The notes beneath the pieces are model-generated. The model searched no databases, was not told where the DNA came from, and saw only the letters and a list, made by a program, of their open reading frames with translations. 64,000 nt of DNA from Candidatus Thorarchaeota archaeon (lineage in GTDB: Archaea > Asgardarchaeota > Thorarchaeia > Thorarchaeales > Thorarchaeaceae), in contig RDNZ01000001.1 of the NCBI GenBank assembly GCA_011364905.1, positions 54,025-118,024 on the forward strand, written 5' to 3'. Within the stretch, counting starts at the first letter, position 1. The number at the start of each line of letters is the position of its first letter. Below are positions 1-12,400 of the stretch, piece by piece. A program made the translations under genes and the position numbers.

Positions 1-3000
1 GTTCATTAATAGGAACAGAGTACAGCTCTGGTCCCAATATATCTGCGGGAGTAACATAGATTTCAATCTTTGCGGTTACAACTCGAGAGGTGTAGTTGGT
101 AAGATCAAATCGGACCACTAGATCATACAATCCTGGGTTCTCGACATTGATTGGTACATTAACCTCGTAAGATCCGTTTATATGTTGGATAACAACCAGA
201 TCTCCCCCTTCCCAACTGGCTAGCACATTGGCACCATAGATCAACGAGTTATGCTGAGTATCATTGTAGTAGAATAGAAATGATTTCGTGTCACCCCAAT
301 ATCCGCTCTGTAGGATTGGGACTGCAGTTGCTTGAGTTGGTATAGGTAAGATAGTGATGACTATAGACTTGTATGCCGTAGCGTATCCCATTTTGTCTGC
401 CGTCATCCGGAGGTATATGGATTGGCTCGCAAGTGAACTGACATCAATGAAAGCACTGTATGATCCATTTAGTAGATCAGTGAAGGTACCACTCAAACTA
501 CCCAATGTGTATGATACTGTAGCACCAGAAACAAGTGCTGCATGGAAAGTATCATTGTATACCGCCGTCAAGGACAATGAGTCGCCGAAAAAGACGTATC
601 GGATCGTAGTTCCGTCTGACGACGCAATTGTTGTTGGAATTGGGACGATACGTATGTCAATGTTGGTCTCTATGAACTGAACATTTGTGGTTACAGCTCT
701 GATTGTCAATGGGAAGACACCAACAGCGAATCCGGTAACATCTACCGATCCAGTGTACCAACCTGGGACACCAGTGGGCGTAAGGCCAGTTACTGTTCCA
801 TTCCATTCCATTGTCACACTCGCACCAGTGACGGGTAAGTCAGTGACTGTGCTTCTCAAGTATAGATCGAAATCGATTACATTGTCTATAACTGCGTCAT
901 AGGTTGACTGCAAAGGTACTATCTGACCAGGAGCTTTTGAAACCACGAGAGTGAATGATTTCTGTCTGGTTTGGTAAAACTCCCTTGATGCTGTAATCTG
1001 TGGATTGTAAATGCCAAAATCTGCATCTGACGTATCAAGCAGCAAGTAGTAAGAGCCGTCCCCAGCATCAACAAAGTCGTAGATTGTGCTAGCCCAAAGT
1101 AGGGTTGCATTGAATCCCTCTAGATAACTCAAGTAGAAGGGTTCTTGGACTCGGAAACTAATGTTTAGAACTTCTCCCCAATCTCCATAGTAAGTGGATT
1201 GAGTCAAGACAATTTGTACAAGTTGCGCACCAGGTTGTACCGCGACTTGCGCTTCAGCGACTTGATAGAAGTTCTTTGTGGCTGTCACGGTGATTGAATA
1301 TTGTTGAGCAACCAGTCCGGTAGTGTTCAAGGTGAGCGAATACAACCCATTGCCATTCTCAACCCATTGATATGCATTGCCAGTTATATCGGTCCAATCA
1401 CACTGTATTACTGCGCCTTCTAGAATCGTTCCGTGGTCCAAATCTTCTAGGGTAAGGGCTATGTTAATTGGAACTCCAACTGCTGTTGAACCAGCTGGTG
1501 GTGCCTCAGCAAGAAGCGATGTATGGACTGCTCTGACCAGTGCGGGAACATTCAATGCACTTCGGTCTGAATAGAATGGGGAACCAGTCCATGTTATTGT
1601 GATATTGAAGTACACAGTCCCTGGTGAGCTGAAAAGAGTTGTATTCAATGTTATTTGATAGACTCCGTTACCAAGACTGCTTACATGATAATCAGGCGAA
1701 GACCAACTACTACAGAATAATGTAACAGTTGCACCTTCGATTCCATCACCTGTGAGAAAATCAATGTATTCGAGGTTCATTGTGATATTGTCAAAGTATG
1801 GGGTTTCCTCCACAAGTGGAAATAGAATCACAGTTGAACGATAAGTCGTTGATGCTTGCGTAGTTGCAGTTCTATCAGCATAGAAGGGTGAACCTGATGT
1901 CCAATCTATACTTAGTTGAATAGCATGACTTGTTACCAAACTAAACGCATCTAGAATGGTTGAATTGAAACTAATCTCGTAGTATGTTCCGAAATTCACA
2001 AGAGTATAGTCACCGGATGCTATCACAGTCTGACTGACTCCATGGCTCAAGGTTATGTCACTCTTGTCAATTGTGATAAATGACTTATCTAAGAAGTCTT
2101 CAAACACAAACCTGAAGGATACATTCTCGAGGAATGGAGTGCTACCGGGAGTCTTCGTTATTCGAATTTGCGTCGGTCGTTCTATAATATTAGCAGACAG
2201 TGTTCGTCGCGATGATAGATAATAGGGCGCTCCTGAGAAGGATGTTGTTACATTGAGTTGAAATGTACCCGGTGGTCCGAGAGCCGCGGTGTCAATTTCA
2301 ACCAGATAATCGCCATTACCATTGTCTGTGATCCAATAGTCCACGCCCAAGGTCAAAGTGAGAGGATCGCTTGTCACCATGACTGATGCGCTAGTGATAC
2401 CGATACCTGAGCTATCATCGGTGAATGTAATGACAAATGTAATGTTTGACTGATATGGTGCATTGTCTGGACTCTCATAGCTCAACTGTGTTGACCTTTC
2501 TAGAACAGTGAAGGCGAAGTACTCGAAGTTGTCACTTACATAATTAGGTCCAGTGTATGCTATGCTTGCATTGATGTAGTGAACCCCAGGCGGACCAAAC
2601 GCTGAGGAGTTCAAGACTACAGTGAAGTGACCATCAGACACTGGTGTTACATGATAGAAAGCAGCACCAATGTTCAGAGTGAGAGTACCAGTCATTGCAG
2701 TCGTTGTTCCTGAGATTATGTCGGTGTAGACGAACTGAATGGTGACATTGTTACCCCATTGCGCCGGAGTAAATGGTAGGTGCGTCAACTGAGAACTTCT
2801 AAGCAAAACCATGACTAAGAATTGCTGGTTTTGTACGTCAGCATAGAATGGTGTGCCACTCCAAGTCAGGTTGAGGTGAAGTGCGACTTGACCCACGCCA
2901 CTTAGAGAGGAAGTATTGATGACTACTGTAAACTCATTAGTACCAGGATCAAAGGAGTAGGACCAATCAACTCCAGGCTCATTGATTTCGATATTCAATG

Positions 3001-6000
3001 ATGCAGAGTCTGCAATCCGTTCTGTTCGGATGGAATCAACGAATGAAAACACAAGACTTGCGTCCTCACCATAGGCAGTCGGTGAAACGGGTGAATAATC
3101 AATGTACGTGGGGCGTTCAAGAACCATAAGGAAAACACTGATTGTTTGATTCTCATATAGCGGGAGGACTCCGGCACTCCACAGAAAGCCGATATTCACT
3201 TGGAACAATCCTACACCTTCGAGATTTGTGCTGTTAAGATGGAACTCATAGAGTACAGTAGCTCCCTGATTAACGATTTCAATGTGGAAATCGTCTCCAG
3301 TAACTGGATTCACGCCAATGGGTGTGAAGGAAAGTGACACAGCGCCAGTTACGTTTGAGATGTAGGTTGAGTTGACCACATCATAGAACACAGCTGAGAA
3401 TGTGAAGTTGTCCAGATAGTACGTGGCAACGGGAGCTGTTTCTAAATACAAGTCGGTTTCTGTGCCTATCAATCTAAACGTAGTGTCAAGAGTTCGAGAT
3501 TGGAACTTTAGTACTGGTCCCGTCCAACTGATTTGGATAGAGATGTTTTTCCAACCGACAGTTGACCACTGTAAAGTTGGAACTGTGATATTATAATGAC
3601 CTGAACCCAGATCGCTCACAGAATAGACCAGTATGGGCAAATCAGAGGGCGTGACTAGAATATGAACATAGCCAGAGCTATTATCTATACCTAAGTTTAA
3701 GTCTGAGTCAAGATAGTTGACTAGAATATATGCATCAACTCCATGCGGAGTCTGAAGTATTGGATCCTCAAGCGTAAACAGAGTTGAATGTGATCTAACT
3801 TGTACACTTATTGAAATCGTATGATTCTGCATCTTTGTACCAGAGAAGCTCACAGAAACTGAGGATGTTCCTAGCGGAGTGGAATCAGTTGTGAATATAG
3901 TGAGTCTATACAGTCCTACCGAAATCTCATTGATACTATAAGTACCGGACCAATCGCAGAGGATTGAATTGTTTAGACCAGTGAGGGGTGTATTGTGGTC
4001 TGCATCAGTCCACTCGAAAGTCAATGAACCAGACTCGCCAACTGGAATTGCAACAACATTTTGCAGGTAGGTCACCTTTGTGTATAGTTCCCTGACTTCA
4101 ACATAGAGCAGATACCGCTGGGGTAGAATATATGGTGCACTTCCTGTGATCTCTACAACATATTCTCCCATTGCAACAAAGGTTGTATTGAGCCAGAACT
4201 TGTAGCTCCCTGGTGATCCTGCTACAGGCGTAACGCTATAGTAGCTAGACCAATTACAGTCGACAGTTCCCGAAACAATTCGTGAACCGAGATAGTCCTC
4301 AAATCCTATCGTGAAAGAGCTGTTATATCCAGAGGGGATTGATAGTCCTGGCGAAACGGGTGCTTCAAGCATCAAATTTGCATCGAAGTTGAGGTTTATT
4401 GTCAATACATCATGAACTGCATCGAAATAAGGATGAGTCCAGTCAAGATTCAGAGTGTACTGTCCTTTCTGAGGCAAGTCACCAGTATCAAGTGTAGCGA
4501 TGTACTCACCATTGCCAGCTGTTCCGAAATACTCTGTACCAGTGGTCCAGTTATAGCTCATCTGCCCATCTGAAACGGTCACTCCAGGAATATCAGTATC
4601 ATTGATTTGAATTCTAATGAGAAACAGATCAGGATAGGTCACATTTGTTGTCCAGGTTACAATGGCATCCTTTGGATTCAACAAGGTAGATTCGGATGCA
4701 TGTATAATACTGAATGAACGACGGAAGAATCCAGTCTTGTTCCATGCAGAGCCTGATAGACTGTTGGAGCAAAATGCCTGAACAATCCACTCTCCAGCAG
4801 ATGCATTGGCACCAAAGGTCAAGCTTCCAGAATTCGCATACCCAGTACTGTTTACTGTAGCCATCTCTGAGAACCAAGCTCCACCTGATGGTGAAAACAC
4901 GGTTATATTGACTTGGACTCCTGCGAATTGAGCGCCAATGTCTACTGCAAAGAAGGCCGTATCAGATGCCCTGAGGTTCATCGTCTGAGCTGTAGTGCCG
5001 CTTCCAATATTGGTCATCAGCAAATCAGTGATCATGTTTGCGCCTTTACTTTTAACAAGCCAATATCCCCACCGGTCTGCATAGGGATAGGCAGTAACAT
5101 TCGCAAACCAATCTGGACCATGTCCCTCATCCCATGAAGAGATGTTCACATTGGTTCGTAAGGGTGAGCCCACATAGTAAACATCCCGATTTTCAGGCAG
5201 AGAGATGTTGTAATAGTATCGATTATCATATCCCTCAGGAATGTCGGCGTAGAACCAAGTCAGGTACTCAACCAGTGAGGCATTCGTTGCCACAAAATTC
5301 TCTCCAAAGGATGTAGGGTCTTGAGTTGTAACCGTGGTTGATTCGCTTCTAGCATAGAGATTCGTTTCAACTGTAAATTCAACCCATATGTTTCTGTTCG
5401 GGACTGGTGTTGATGGTGTGGGTGTCCAAGAGAAGGTCACATCAACAGGACTTGTGGTCCAAACTGACGTAGGATTCTGTGTGACATTACCAAGTCCAGG
5501 TACAGACGAGCCGCCGCTGATGAAATCATTAACATCGAGCCCGTTCATTTGCATGTTGAGATCGCTTGGGTCGGCCTTGGTCTTTAGATATAGCTCGAAG
5601 TTGTCAACACGTGCGTAGGGATTAAGGTCGGGATTATAGTTCACAGTCTGCTGGCTGTAAAGACCTACTGTAACAAGTACGCCATCTGACAGGTCGAAAA
5701 TAGATAGGTCTGGGAGAGTAATCAATCCACTATCGTACCAAGTTTGGGCTTGATCAATATCAGGGAATGACTTTTGCCAAACACGCTGAGTGTAATCGTT
5801 CGTTTCAATTGAAACAAAGATAGCTACAAATCCATCTGCGCCCCAGTCAGAGTCAACCCAATAGTCCAGTCTAAAGCCTGCCCAAACAACGTCACCACGA
5901 TTCACAGAGAAGGTTTGCTGAGCCCAGGCTCTCTCCCCTTCAGATGGGTCTCCACCGCCTGCGATCTCAAACTGAACACAGTCATCTCCAGCACCATGTC

Positions 6001-6496
6001 CGTTGGCTAACCAGCTCGCCGATGGAGCTGCTCCTCCACCAATGCTCACCTGATTGAGAGACCAGCTAGATGGGCTGTTTTCCATATCGGGATCTTGGAC
6101 CCATGTTCGATTCTCTGTAAGGTCAGATATTCCGGTAAATAGCTCATAGCCTTCCCAGTCAGTACCCATAGGAATCGAAACGGACTCACTATTGGTACTA
6201 CTATTGCTTGAGAAGTATCTCATCTGATTGCTGGTGAAGGTATCGCTTCTATTTCCATACTCTTGTGCTGGCAATCCAGATGATGTACCAGACCACGTGG
6301 TCCAGCCTTGTTCAGCATTCAAATAGCCCGTTTCAGTAGGATTGGACATCGGAGAAGAGATTGTATCTTCCGGATTGGCCATACCATTGGTCGTTTTGCC
6401 GCTTTGTCCTTGTTGCAAACCAATATTCGCTGTAGCACTGAACACCATCAAGAATGTGATGAGTATCAATAGGGATAGTCTATATCTTGTGTTCAT
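1..6496 (-). CDS. Giant secreted Ig-like-repeat surface protein, 5' part only (at least 2165 codons; C-terminus lies beyond the window start). It is a paralog of the adjacent 2564-aa protein, with a signal peptide, a Laminin_G_3/ConA-like N-terminal domain and then repeated beta-sandwich modules rich in N-glycosylation sequons.
   Basis: The minus-strand frame with ATG at 6496..6494 stays open down to position 2; I hand-checked the first ~45 and last ~19 codons. The N-terminus reads MNTRYRLSLLILITFLMVFSATANIG, a signal peptide. The N-terminal region aligns with the N-terminus of the 2564-aa neighbour (RVDNFELYLKT versus RMDNVRIFIKT). It is missing from the ORF track only because it has no in-window stop. 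Confidence 0.75.
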   Translation of the reverse strand, partial: MNTRYRLSLLILITFLMVFSATANIGLQQGQSGKTTNGMANPEDTISSPMSNPTETGYLNAEQGWTTWSGTSSGLPAQEYGNRSDTFTSNQMRYFSSNSSTNSESVSIPMGTDWEGYELFTGISDLTENRTWVQDPDMENSPSSWSLNQVSIGGGAAPSASWLANGHGAGDDCVQFEIAGGGDPSEGERAWAQQTFSVNRGDVVWAGFRLDYWVDSDWGADGFVAIFVSIETNDYTQRVWQKSFPDIDQAQTWYDSGLITLPDLSIFDLSDGVLVTVGLYSQQTVNYNPDLNPYARVDNFELYLKTKADPSDLNMQMNGLDVNDFISGGSSVPGLGNVTQNPTSVWTTSPVDVTFSWTPTPSTPVPNRNIWVEFTVETNLYARSESTTVTTQDPTSFGENFVATNASLVEYLTWFYADIPEGYDNRYYYNISLPENRDVYYVGSPLRTNVNISSWDEGHGPDWFANVTAYPYADRWGYWLVKSKGANMITDLLMTNIGSGTTAQTMNLRASDTAFFAVDIGAQFAGVQVNITVFSPSGGAWFSEMATVNSTGYANSGSLTFGANASAGEWIVQAFCSNSLSGSAWNKTGFFRRSFSIIHASESTLLNPKDAIVTWTTNVTYPDLFLIRIQINDTDIPGVTVSDGQMSYNWTTGTEYFGTAGNGEYIATLDTGDLPQKGQYTLNLDWTHPYFDAVHDVLTINLNFDANLMLEAPVSPGLSIPSGYNSSFTIGFEDYLGSRIVSGTVDCNWSSYYSVTPVAGSPGSYKFWLNTTFVAMGEYVVEITGSAPYILPQRYLLYVEVRELYTKVTYLQNVVAIPVGESGSLTFEWTDADHNTPLTGLNNSILCDWSGTYSINEISVGLYRLTIFTTDSTPLGTSSVSVSFSGTKMQNHTISISVQVRSHSTLFTLEDPILQTPHGVDAYILVNYLDSDLNLGIDNSSGYVHILVTPSDLPILVYSVSDLGSGHYNITVPTLQWSTVGWKNISIQISWTGPVLKFQSRTLDTTFRLIGTETDLYLETAPVATYYLDNFTFSAVFYDVVNSTYISNVTGAVSLSFTPIGVNPVTGDDFHIEIVNQGATVLYEFHLNSTNLEGVGLFQVNIGFLWSAGVLPLYENQTISVFLMVLERPTYIDYSPVSPTAYGEDASLVFSFVDSIRTERIADSASLNIEINEPGVDWSYSFDPGTNEFTVVINTSSLSGVGQVALHLNLTWSGTPFYADVQNQQFLVMVLLRSSQLTHLPFTPAQWGNNVTIQFVYTDIISGTTTAMTGTLTLNIGAAFYHVTPVSDGHFTVVLNSSAFGPPGVHYINASIAYTGPNYVSDNFEYFAFTVLERSTQLSYESPDNAPYQSNITFVITFTDDSSGIGITSASVMVTSDPLTLTLGVDYWITDNGNGDYLVEIDTAALGPPGTFQLNVTTSFSGAPYYLSSRRTLSANIIERPTQIRITKTPGSTPFLENVSFRFVFEDFLDKSFITIDKSDITLSHGVSQTVIASGDYTLVNFGTYYEISFNSTILDAFSLVTSHAIQLSIDWTSGSPFYADRTATTQASTTYRSTVILFPLVEETPYFDNITMNLEYIDFLTGDGIEGATVTLFCSSWSSPDYHVSSLGNGVYQITLNTTLFSSPGTVYFNITITWTGSPFYSDRSALNVPALVRAVHTSLLAEAPPAGSTAVGVPINIALTLEDLDHGTILEGAVIQCDWTDITGNAYQWVENGNGLYSLTLNTTGLVAQQYSITVTATKNFYQVAEAQVAVQPGAQLVQIVLTQSTYYGDWGEVLNISFRVQEPFYLSYLEGFNATLLWASTIYDFVDAGDGSYYLLLDTSDADFGIYNPQITASREFYQTRQKSFTLVVSKAPGQIVPLQSTYDAVIDNVIDFDLYLRSTVTDLPVTGASVTMEWNGTVTGLTPTGVPGWYTGSVDVTGFAVGVFPLTIRAVTTNVQFIETNIDIRIVPIPTTIASSDGTTIRYVFFGDSLSLTAVYNDTFHAALVSGATVSYTLGSLSGTFTDLLNGSYSAFIDVSSLASQSIYLRMTADKMGYATAYKSIVITILPIPTQATAVPILQSGYWGDTKSFLFYYNDTQHNSLIYGANVLASWEGGDLVVIQHINGSYEVNVPINVENPGLYDLVVRFDLTNYTSRVVTAKIEIYVTPADILGPELYSVPINE

Positions 6497-9400
6497 TCTT
6501 CCATCCCTCCAATCTCTTTTAGCAATGCATCTATTTCAGCCTTAGACAGGTTTCGGGCTTGTTCTATCATGAGATCAGCCTCTGTTTCTTCAATGCCCAT
6601 TTTCAATAGACGCTCTTTCAAGTGAAGTAGTTCATCTTCTGAAAGACGCTCCTCAGCAACTTCAGCAGGGACTCCTTCCTCAGCAACCATCTCAGCTTCC
6701 GCAAGTTCTCTCGCCCGACGTGCACGCTCCTGTTTGAGAACCTCATTGATGAATCCAGCTCTCTCACTTGGCCGCATCTTGTCAAGGTCTTGACGTAGAG
6801 TATCAATGTCATCAGGAGTCAAACCGACAACAGTGGCAAGCTGATCTAGAAGCAGTTCGACATCCATTACTGTGACATCAACTGTTGACAGCGCCACATC
6901 TTCCTCTGTCTTCTGGATTCTAATTGGCTTCAAATCATCATTCATCATTGCGAGAAGCATTTGGCGTCTCTGAGGAACATCAGCAGGTTTCGGTATTTTG
7001 CCTTTTGACAGAGACCCTATCATTCTCCTAATGATTCGTAGCAGCTTTGGCACAGATAACACTCTGAAGTATAGTGCGCCTAAGGCAGCGAATAATACAA
7101 GAAGCATTGTGCCATTTCGGAACCATGCGACAAGTGCCTCTTGCTCAGGTGAGAAGCGAGTATAAACGTCAAGATTGACCTCTCCATCTGCATAGTTAAC
7201 CCTGCTTAGAATGATTTTCAAGCTGTAGAGGGCTAACACGGGAGCACGAAATGCGATTGCATATGTTCCATTGTGGTAGTCGATATCAAGTTCTTCCACA
7301 TGAACCAAATTTGCTGTTTGCACATTGTTGCTTGATCGGATTGTAATATCAGCATCCGTGATTGGTAAAGAGTGATCACTGTCGAGATATGTGACATTTA
7401 CGAAGAAGACACGACCGACATAGATAAATTCGGGCAAAGCAGAAGATACTAGCTCCGTCGCAATCCTGCGTATTTTCAAGGAAACATCAATCTCTCCTCT
7501 CGAGTAGTTTCCTCGAGATATGAAAATCCTGATTGTATAATTCTCGTCGCGATATTGTAGTGTTTGACCTAGATTCGCCTCCGTTGGACCGAAGACGTAT
7601 GATCCGTTATTCAAATTGGTTAATTGAACGGCACCAAACTCCCAATATGCAGTAGCAAGACCGTCAGCTATCCAGTTTGCATGAAGGTCATCCCAATAAC
7701 CAAATGTCATCGAGTAATCATCACCTACAGCAAACTCTGCTTCCGTTTTTCCGGTTAGCACGGTCCGAATTGGATTGACAAGCAGTTTCACCAATCCTGA
7801 AGCAAACCGAAAGTTCTCCTTTCGGAAGGAGATGGCTATGTTATGGGGAACAGTTCCTGCCTGAACAAGAGAAGTGTTAACCGTAAGTGAGTATGTACCA
7901 TTGCCATAATCGAATAGCGAACCCTTGAACTGCTCTAATGTGTAGTTAGTAATCGCACCCGGTATTCCCTCGTCAGCATGGATATCATGGAAGACAAGAA
8001 CAAATGTGACTTCCTCCCCATAATATCCACTAAGAGTGGCGTCAGTCACAATAACAATATCAGTATCGACAACTTCAACATTCAAAGTGAATTGGATTGA
8101 TGAAGGCCTATAACCGTCCTTGTCACTCGAGATTATAACAGTCCATTCTTGGACACTAAGATCTGTGGTGTCAATAAGAGCACTGTAATACCCAGGCGTA
8201 CCTAATTCGGTTAAATTCCCGACAAGCGGCCCTACACCATATGAGAGACGGGCACCGAGAACAGGTGTGTTTAGATCTGTATTATTCAGATAAACAGTGA
8301 TATTGGCAATATCACGGAAGTTCACAGTAACGACAAAATCTGAAACAGCTACAAGACTAGTGGAAAGCTCAGTGATTTCAATTGTAAGTTGCATTGATAC
8401 ACTCTTGTAGTTGTCCGAGCTAGCTTGAATGAGAATCTGATGGGTACCTACAGAGGCTCCTGTAACAATAAAGTCCACAACGTATTTTCCATCCGATGCA
8501 GACCACGGAATCTGTCCAGAACCTCCAACCCAACTATAGGTGACCTGACCATTCGTAATTGGTGAGCTGTCAGAGTATATGAGATAATCCACTTGGAGAT
8601 GGACACTCAATCCGTTGACGGTCGAAAGAGGATTGATCGATCCGGCAATTTTTGATGCAATCTTGCCAATTCGAATTTGGAAATCTCTTTGCCTGCTCTC
8701 ATAATTGAGGAGGACGGATCTCACTGTGACTGTGTGTTCACCAGCGACTATCTGCCAAGATTGCACGGTAACATTGTATATACCAGATCCAATATGAGTC
8801 ATGTCGACTGTTATAGTTGAAATAGTCAGATTGACATATGCGCCAACAATGGGAGCTCCAGTTCTAGCATCTGTAACATTGGCTTGGAAATTAATAGAGT
8901 CGCCCCAGGAGGGACTAGTAGGATTAAAGTCTAGCTCAATCTGAACTGGTACAGCTGAAAGGAGAATATCCGCGAGAATTGTATGATTTTGGTGCAAATA
9001 CTTTGAGGCACTTACTGAGAATGAATACAAACCAGCATCCATTCCAGATGTTTGAATCGTCATTTCATAGACGCCGGTGTCAATTTCATGAATTGTTGCT
9101 ATTGTTGGGTAAGTAGCGTTCCAATCACTCAAAACCGTCGCGCCTGGAATACCAACTCCAAATTCAATTGCAGTGTAGGTGATGTTGGCGTGGATTACAT
9201 CTCCCAAGTAGTATGTTACACCTTGAGGCAGGGTGAAGCTAAGAGTCGTTGATACAGAATTAACAACCGCTGAAAAGCTTAGATTTGTTACATTTGTGTA
9301 ATATGGAGAACCATACCAAGTCATATTGGCTGTGAAGAAATACCTGCCCAAACCAGACAATGTTGTGGTGTCTACCAGAATCTGATAAGTGCCATCACCA

Positions 9401-12400
9401 TTGTCAATGATCCAATGCGTGAAACTTGTGGAATTTGCTGACTCTAATGAAACATCTGCCCCGGGGATTCCATTCCCGGTGAGATAGTCCTTGAAGTCAA
9501 GCAAGGCGCTGATATTGAAAAAGTAATACGCTGGTGGAGTTGATAGGACTGAGGCTTGAGTATACCGAGTGGAAATTGTGACTTGAGTGGTTGTCGTGGA
9601 ATTCTCATAATATGGCGTCATGTCGCCCCAGTGGAATTGAATAGTAATTGGGTACGCATCTTCTAGCTCTGAGGATAGAAGTGTAGAATTGAAGGATATC
9701 AAATAGAATCCATCTTGTCCAGTGAGTGTATACTGAGAGTCGAGGATTACTGTGCCTCCTCCATGTGTGATGGTAAGAACAGATTTTGTCAGAGATATTC
9801 TAGTGCTATTCACATCATCCATAACGCTAATCTGGAATTCTACATTGCTCAGGAACGGAGTCGTTAAAGGCGAACGGGTCACCGACAGCGTTGCGTATCG
9901 TCTCACCACATCTATTTGGACATTCGTTATCCTACTCTGATAATATGGTGCGCCTGTTTTGCTTGCTGAGATTGCAATGGTATATTCACCAAAGTTTCCT
10001 AAGGCAAGTGTTGAAATCCTGATGCGATAGTCGCCACCTGTTAGTGAATCAACCCAGTAGTTGACTCCGAGCTGAAGTGTAGCGTTGGAACAGGTCGCAG
10101 TAATGGTTGCGCCATCTATACCCGCGAGTGTGCTATCGTCAAAATAGGACACAAACACTTCAGCTTCCTCCAAGTAGACTGCAAGAGAGGGGACTTCGCT
10201 AGTTAGTTGAGTCCTTCTTTGGATAAGCGTTAGATAGAAGAAGTCAGTGGCATCAAAACAGAAGTTTGTGCCTGTGTAAGACATCGATGCATTGACCGTA
10301 TAGGTTGCCAGTGATGGAAATGCGCTTGTATCAAGAGTCACTGTGAAAGTGCCATCTCCATTGTTTACAACGTTATAGTATCCTAGTAGAGACGCATCTA
10401 GTGTCAAGCTTCCAGTGTTCAACAAGGACTGATCGTCAAGGTCTCTGTAAGTAAAGACGATAACCAAATCATTACCATATTGAATTGAGGTGTATGGTCC
10501 ATGTTCAAGATTCGTGTATCTACTCCGCACGGTCAGTGATATCGGAATGCTGGTTCGGTTCTGGTAGAATGGGGTACCAGTCCACATCACATCGAGATGA
10601 AGTGTGAAGGTTCCAACGTTGCTCCACCATGTTGTATCAAGCTCCAATACATACTCTTGACTACCCGGTAGATAGATAGCGCTAAGAACAAGTCCGGTCT
10701 CCTGAACCTGATAATTCAATTGAGGATCATCGGAAATCGGCAGGCCTGTTAGAACATCGATGTAGGAGAAAGTCAGATTGACATTATCTCCATATGGAGT
10801 GGTTGGGAGAGGTTCCCATAGAATGCTTGTTTGCCTGTATCTGGTATTCACTGCTACGGTCAGTGATCTGTTTTCGTAGAGCGGAAGCTGTCCAGATGTC
10901 CAATTTGCAGAGATTCGAATCTCACATGTAATGATACCGCTAAGATAATTTGTATCGAAGGTTATTTGATATTCTCCATTACCTAGTTCGGAGATCACCA
11001 TCAGGTCTTGGGTTAATGTCTGACCTGGTGTAAGGACTTCAATATAGAAGTGCACATTCAAGGGATAGTCTCCAGTACTATTGGTTATCCCAGTACTGTT
11101 ACTAATGTCCCAATATACAACCGAGAAGGTGACATTTTCCCCATAAGGAGTGGCAACTGGATTCGTTCCTATGTACAAATCAGATGGACTTCCAGCGATT
11201 CTTGCGCTTACCTGCAGCACTTTGTTATCGTGCGCTGGTTGTGGACCAGTCCAATTTGCATAGAGTGTTATATCCTTCCTGCCAATCGACCCCCATTGAT
11301 CAGCTCTTATTCTAACTATGTACTGACCAGCTATTGAACCATTTACAACTGTATACTCAAGTGACGGTACACCCACGGCTTCAGCATAAATCAAGACATT
11401 GCTGCTGACAATTCCTTGTGATGTTGTAATGTCATAATACATCACGTAAATCGTAATTTGACCAGTGTAAGGCGTTGGTTCGATGGGATTATCTAAGGAG
11501 AAAGAAGTCAAATGAGTGATTATATCAATACCAATGCTGAAGGTATGGTTCTGGTAGGCAAAGCGGTTAACATCGAAGACCACGGAGTAGTCCTGAATAG
11601 GATCAGATTCAGCTGAGTAAAACGTTATGCTGTATTCACCTGGTGCACTGGCTGCCACAATGTAACTTGACCAGTTGCATGAGATGGAACTCTCTGCACC
11701 CGATATCGGAAGATCGTGATCAGTATCCCAGTATGTCAGTGTAATGGTTTCTTCATAACCAACTGGGAGAGATATGCCGCTCTGGGAAACTGAAACTGAA
11801 GTGAAGATCTGTCGCACTTCAACAAATAGAAGAACCTGAGAAGTAGTGTAGTAATTCTGCTCTGCTGTGACGACAACCGCATAGGTGCCCAAGTTGGAAT
11901 TTCCTGTAGTAATCGTAAGAGTGTAGTTACCAGGTGCTCCAGCTACTGGATTGACGGTGTAGGATGAATCTGTCCAATTACATGTTAGAACTGCACCACC
12001 AATACCCGCGTCTTCCGAGTCTGCGTAGAAGAGTTCGAGAACTGCATTGTCTCCTCGGGGCACTTGTACCCCAGGAGCACTACTGGATTGTAATGTTGTT
12101 TCTTCAACGACATTTATCACAAAATACGTTTGGAGTGAATCGTAGTACTGCTTACTCCATGAAATGCCTATCACATATCGACCAGGGAGTCCCAAATCTG
12201 CTGTGTTGACAACAACACTGTACTCACCAGTACCCATATCATTCAGGATGCGTGTTCCAGTAGTCCAGTTGTATGTTGCAGAACCTCCTGGAAGGAGAAG
12301 ACCATTATTGGAGTCATTTACACCAATCTGAAGAAGCATATCTTGACCATAGGTGAGATTTCGTTCCCAGGAAGTAACAGATTGCCTGGGATAGGCAATA

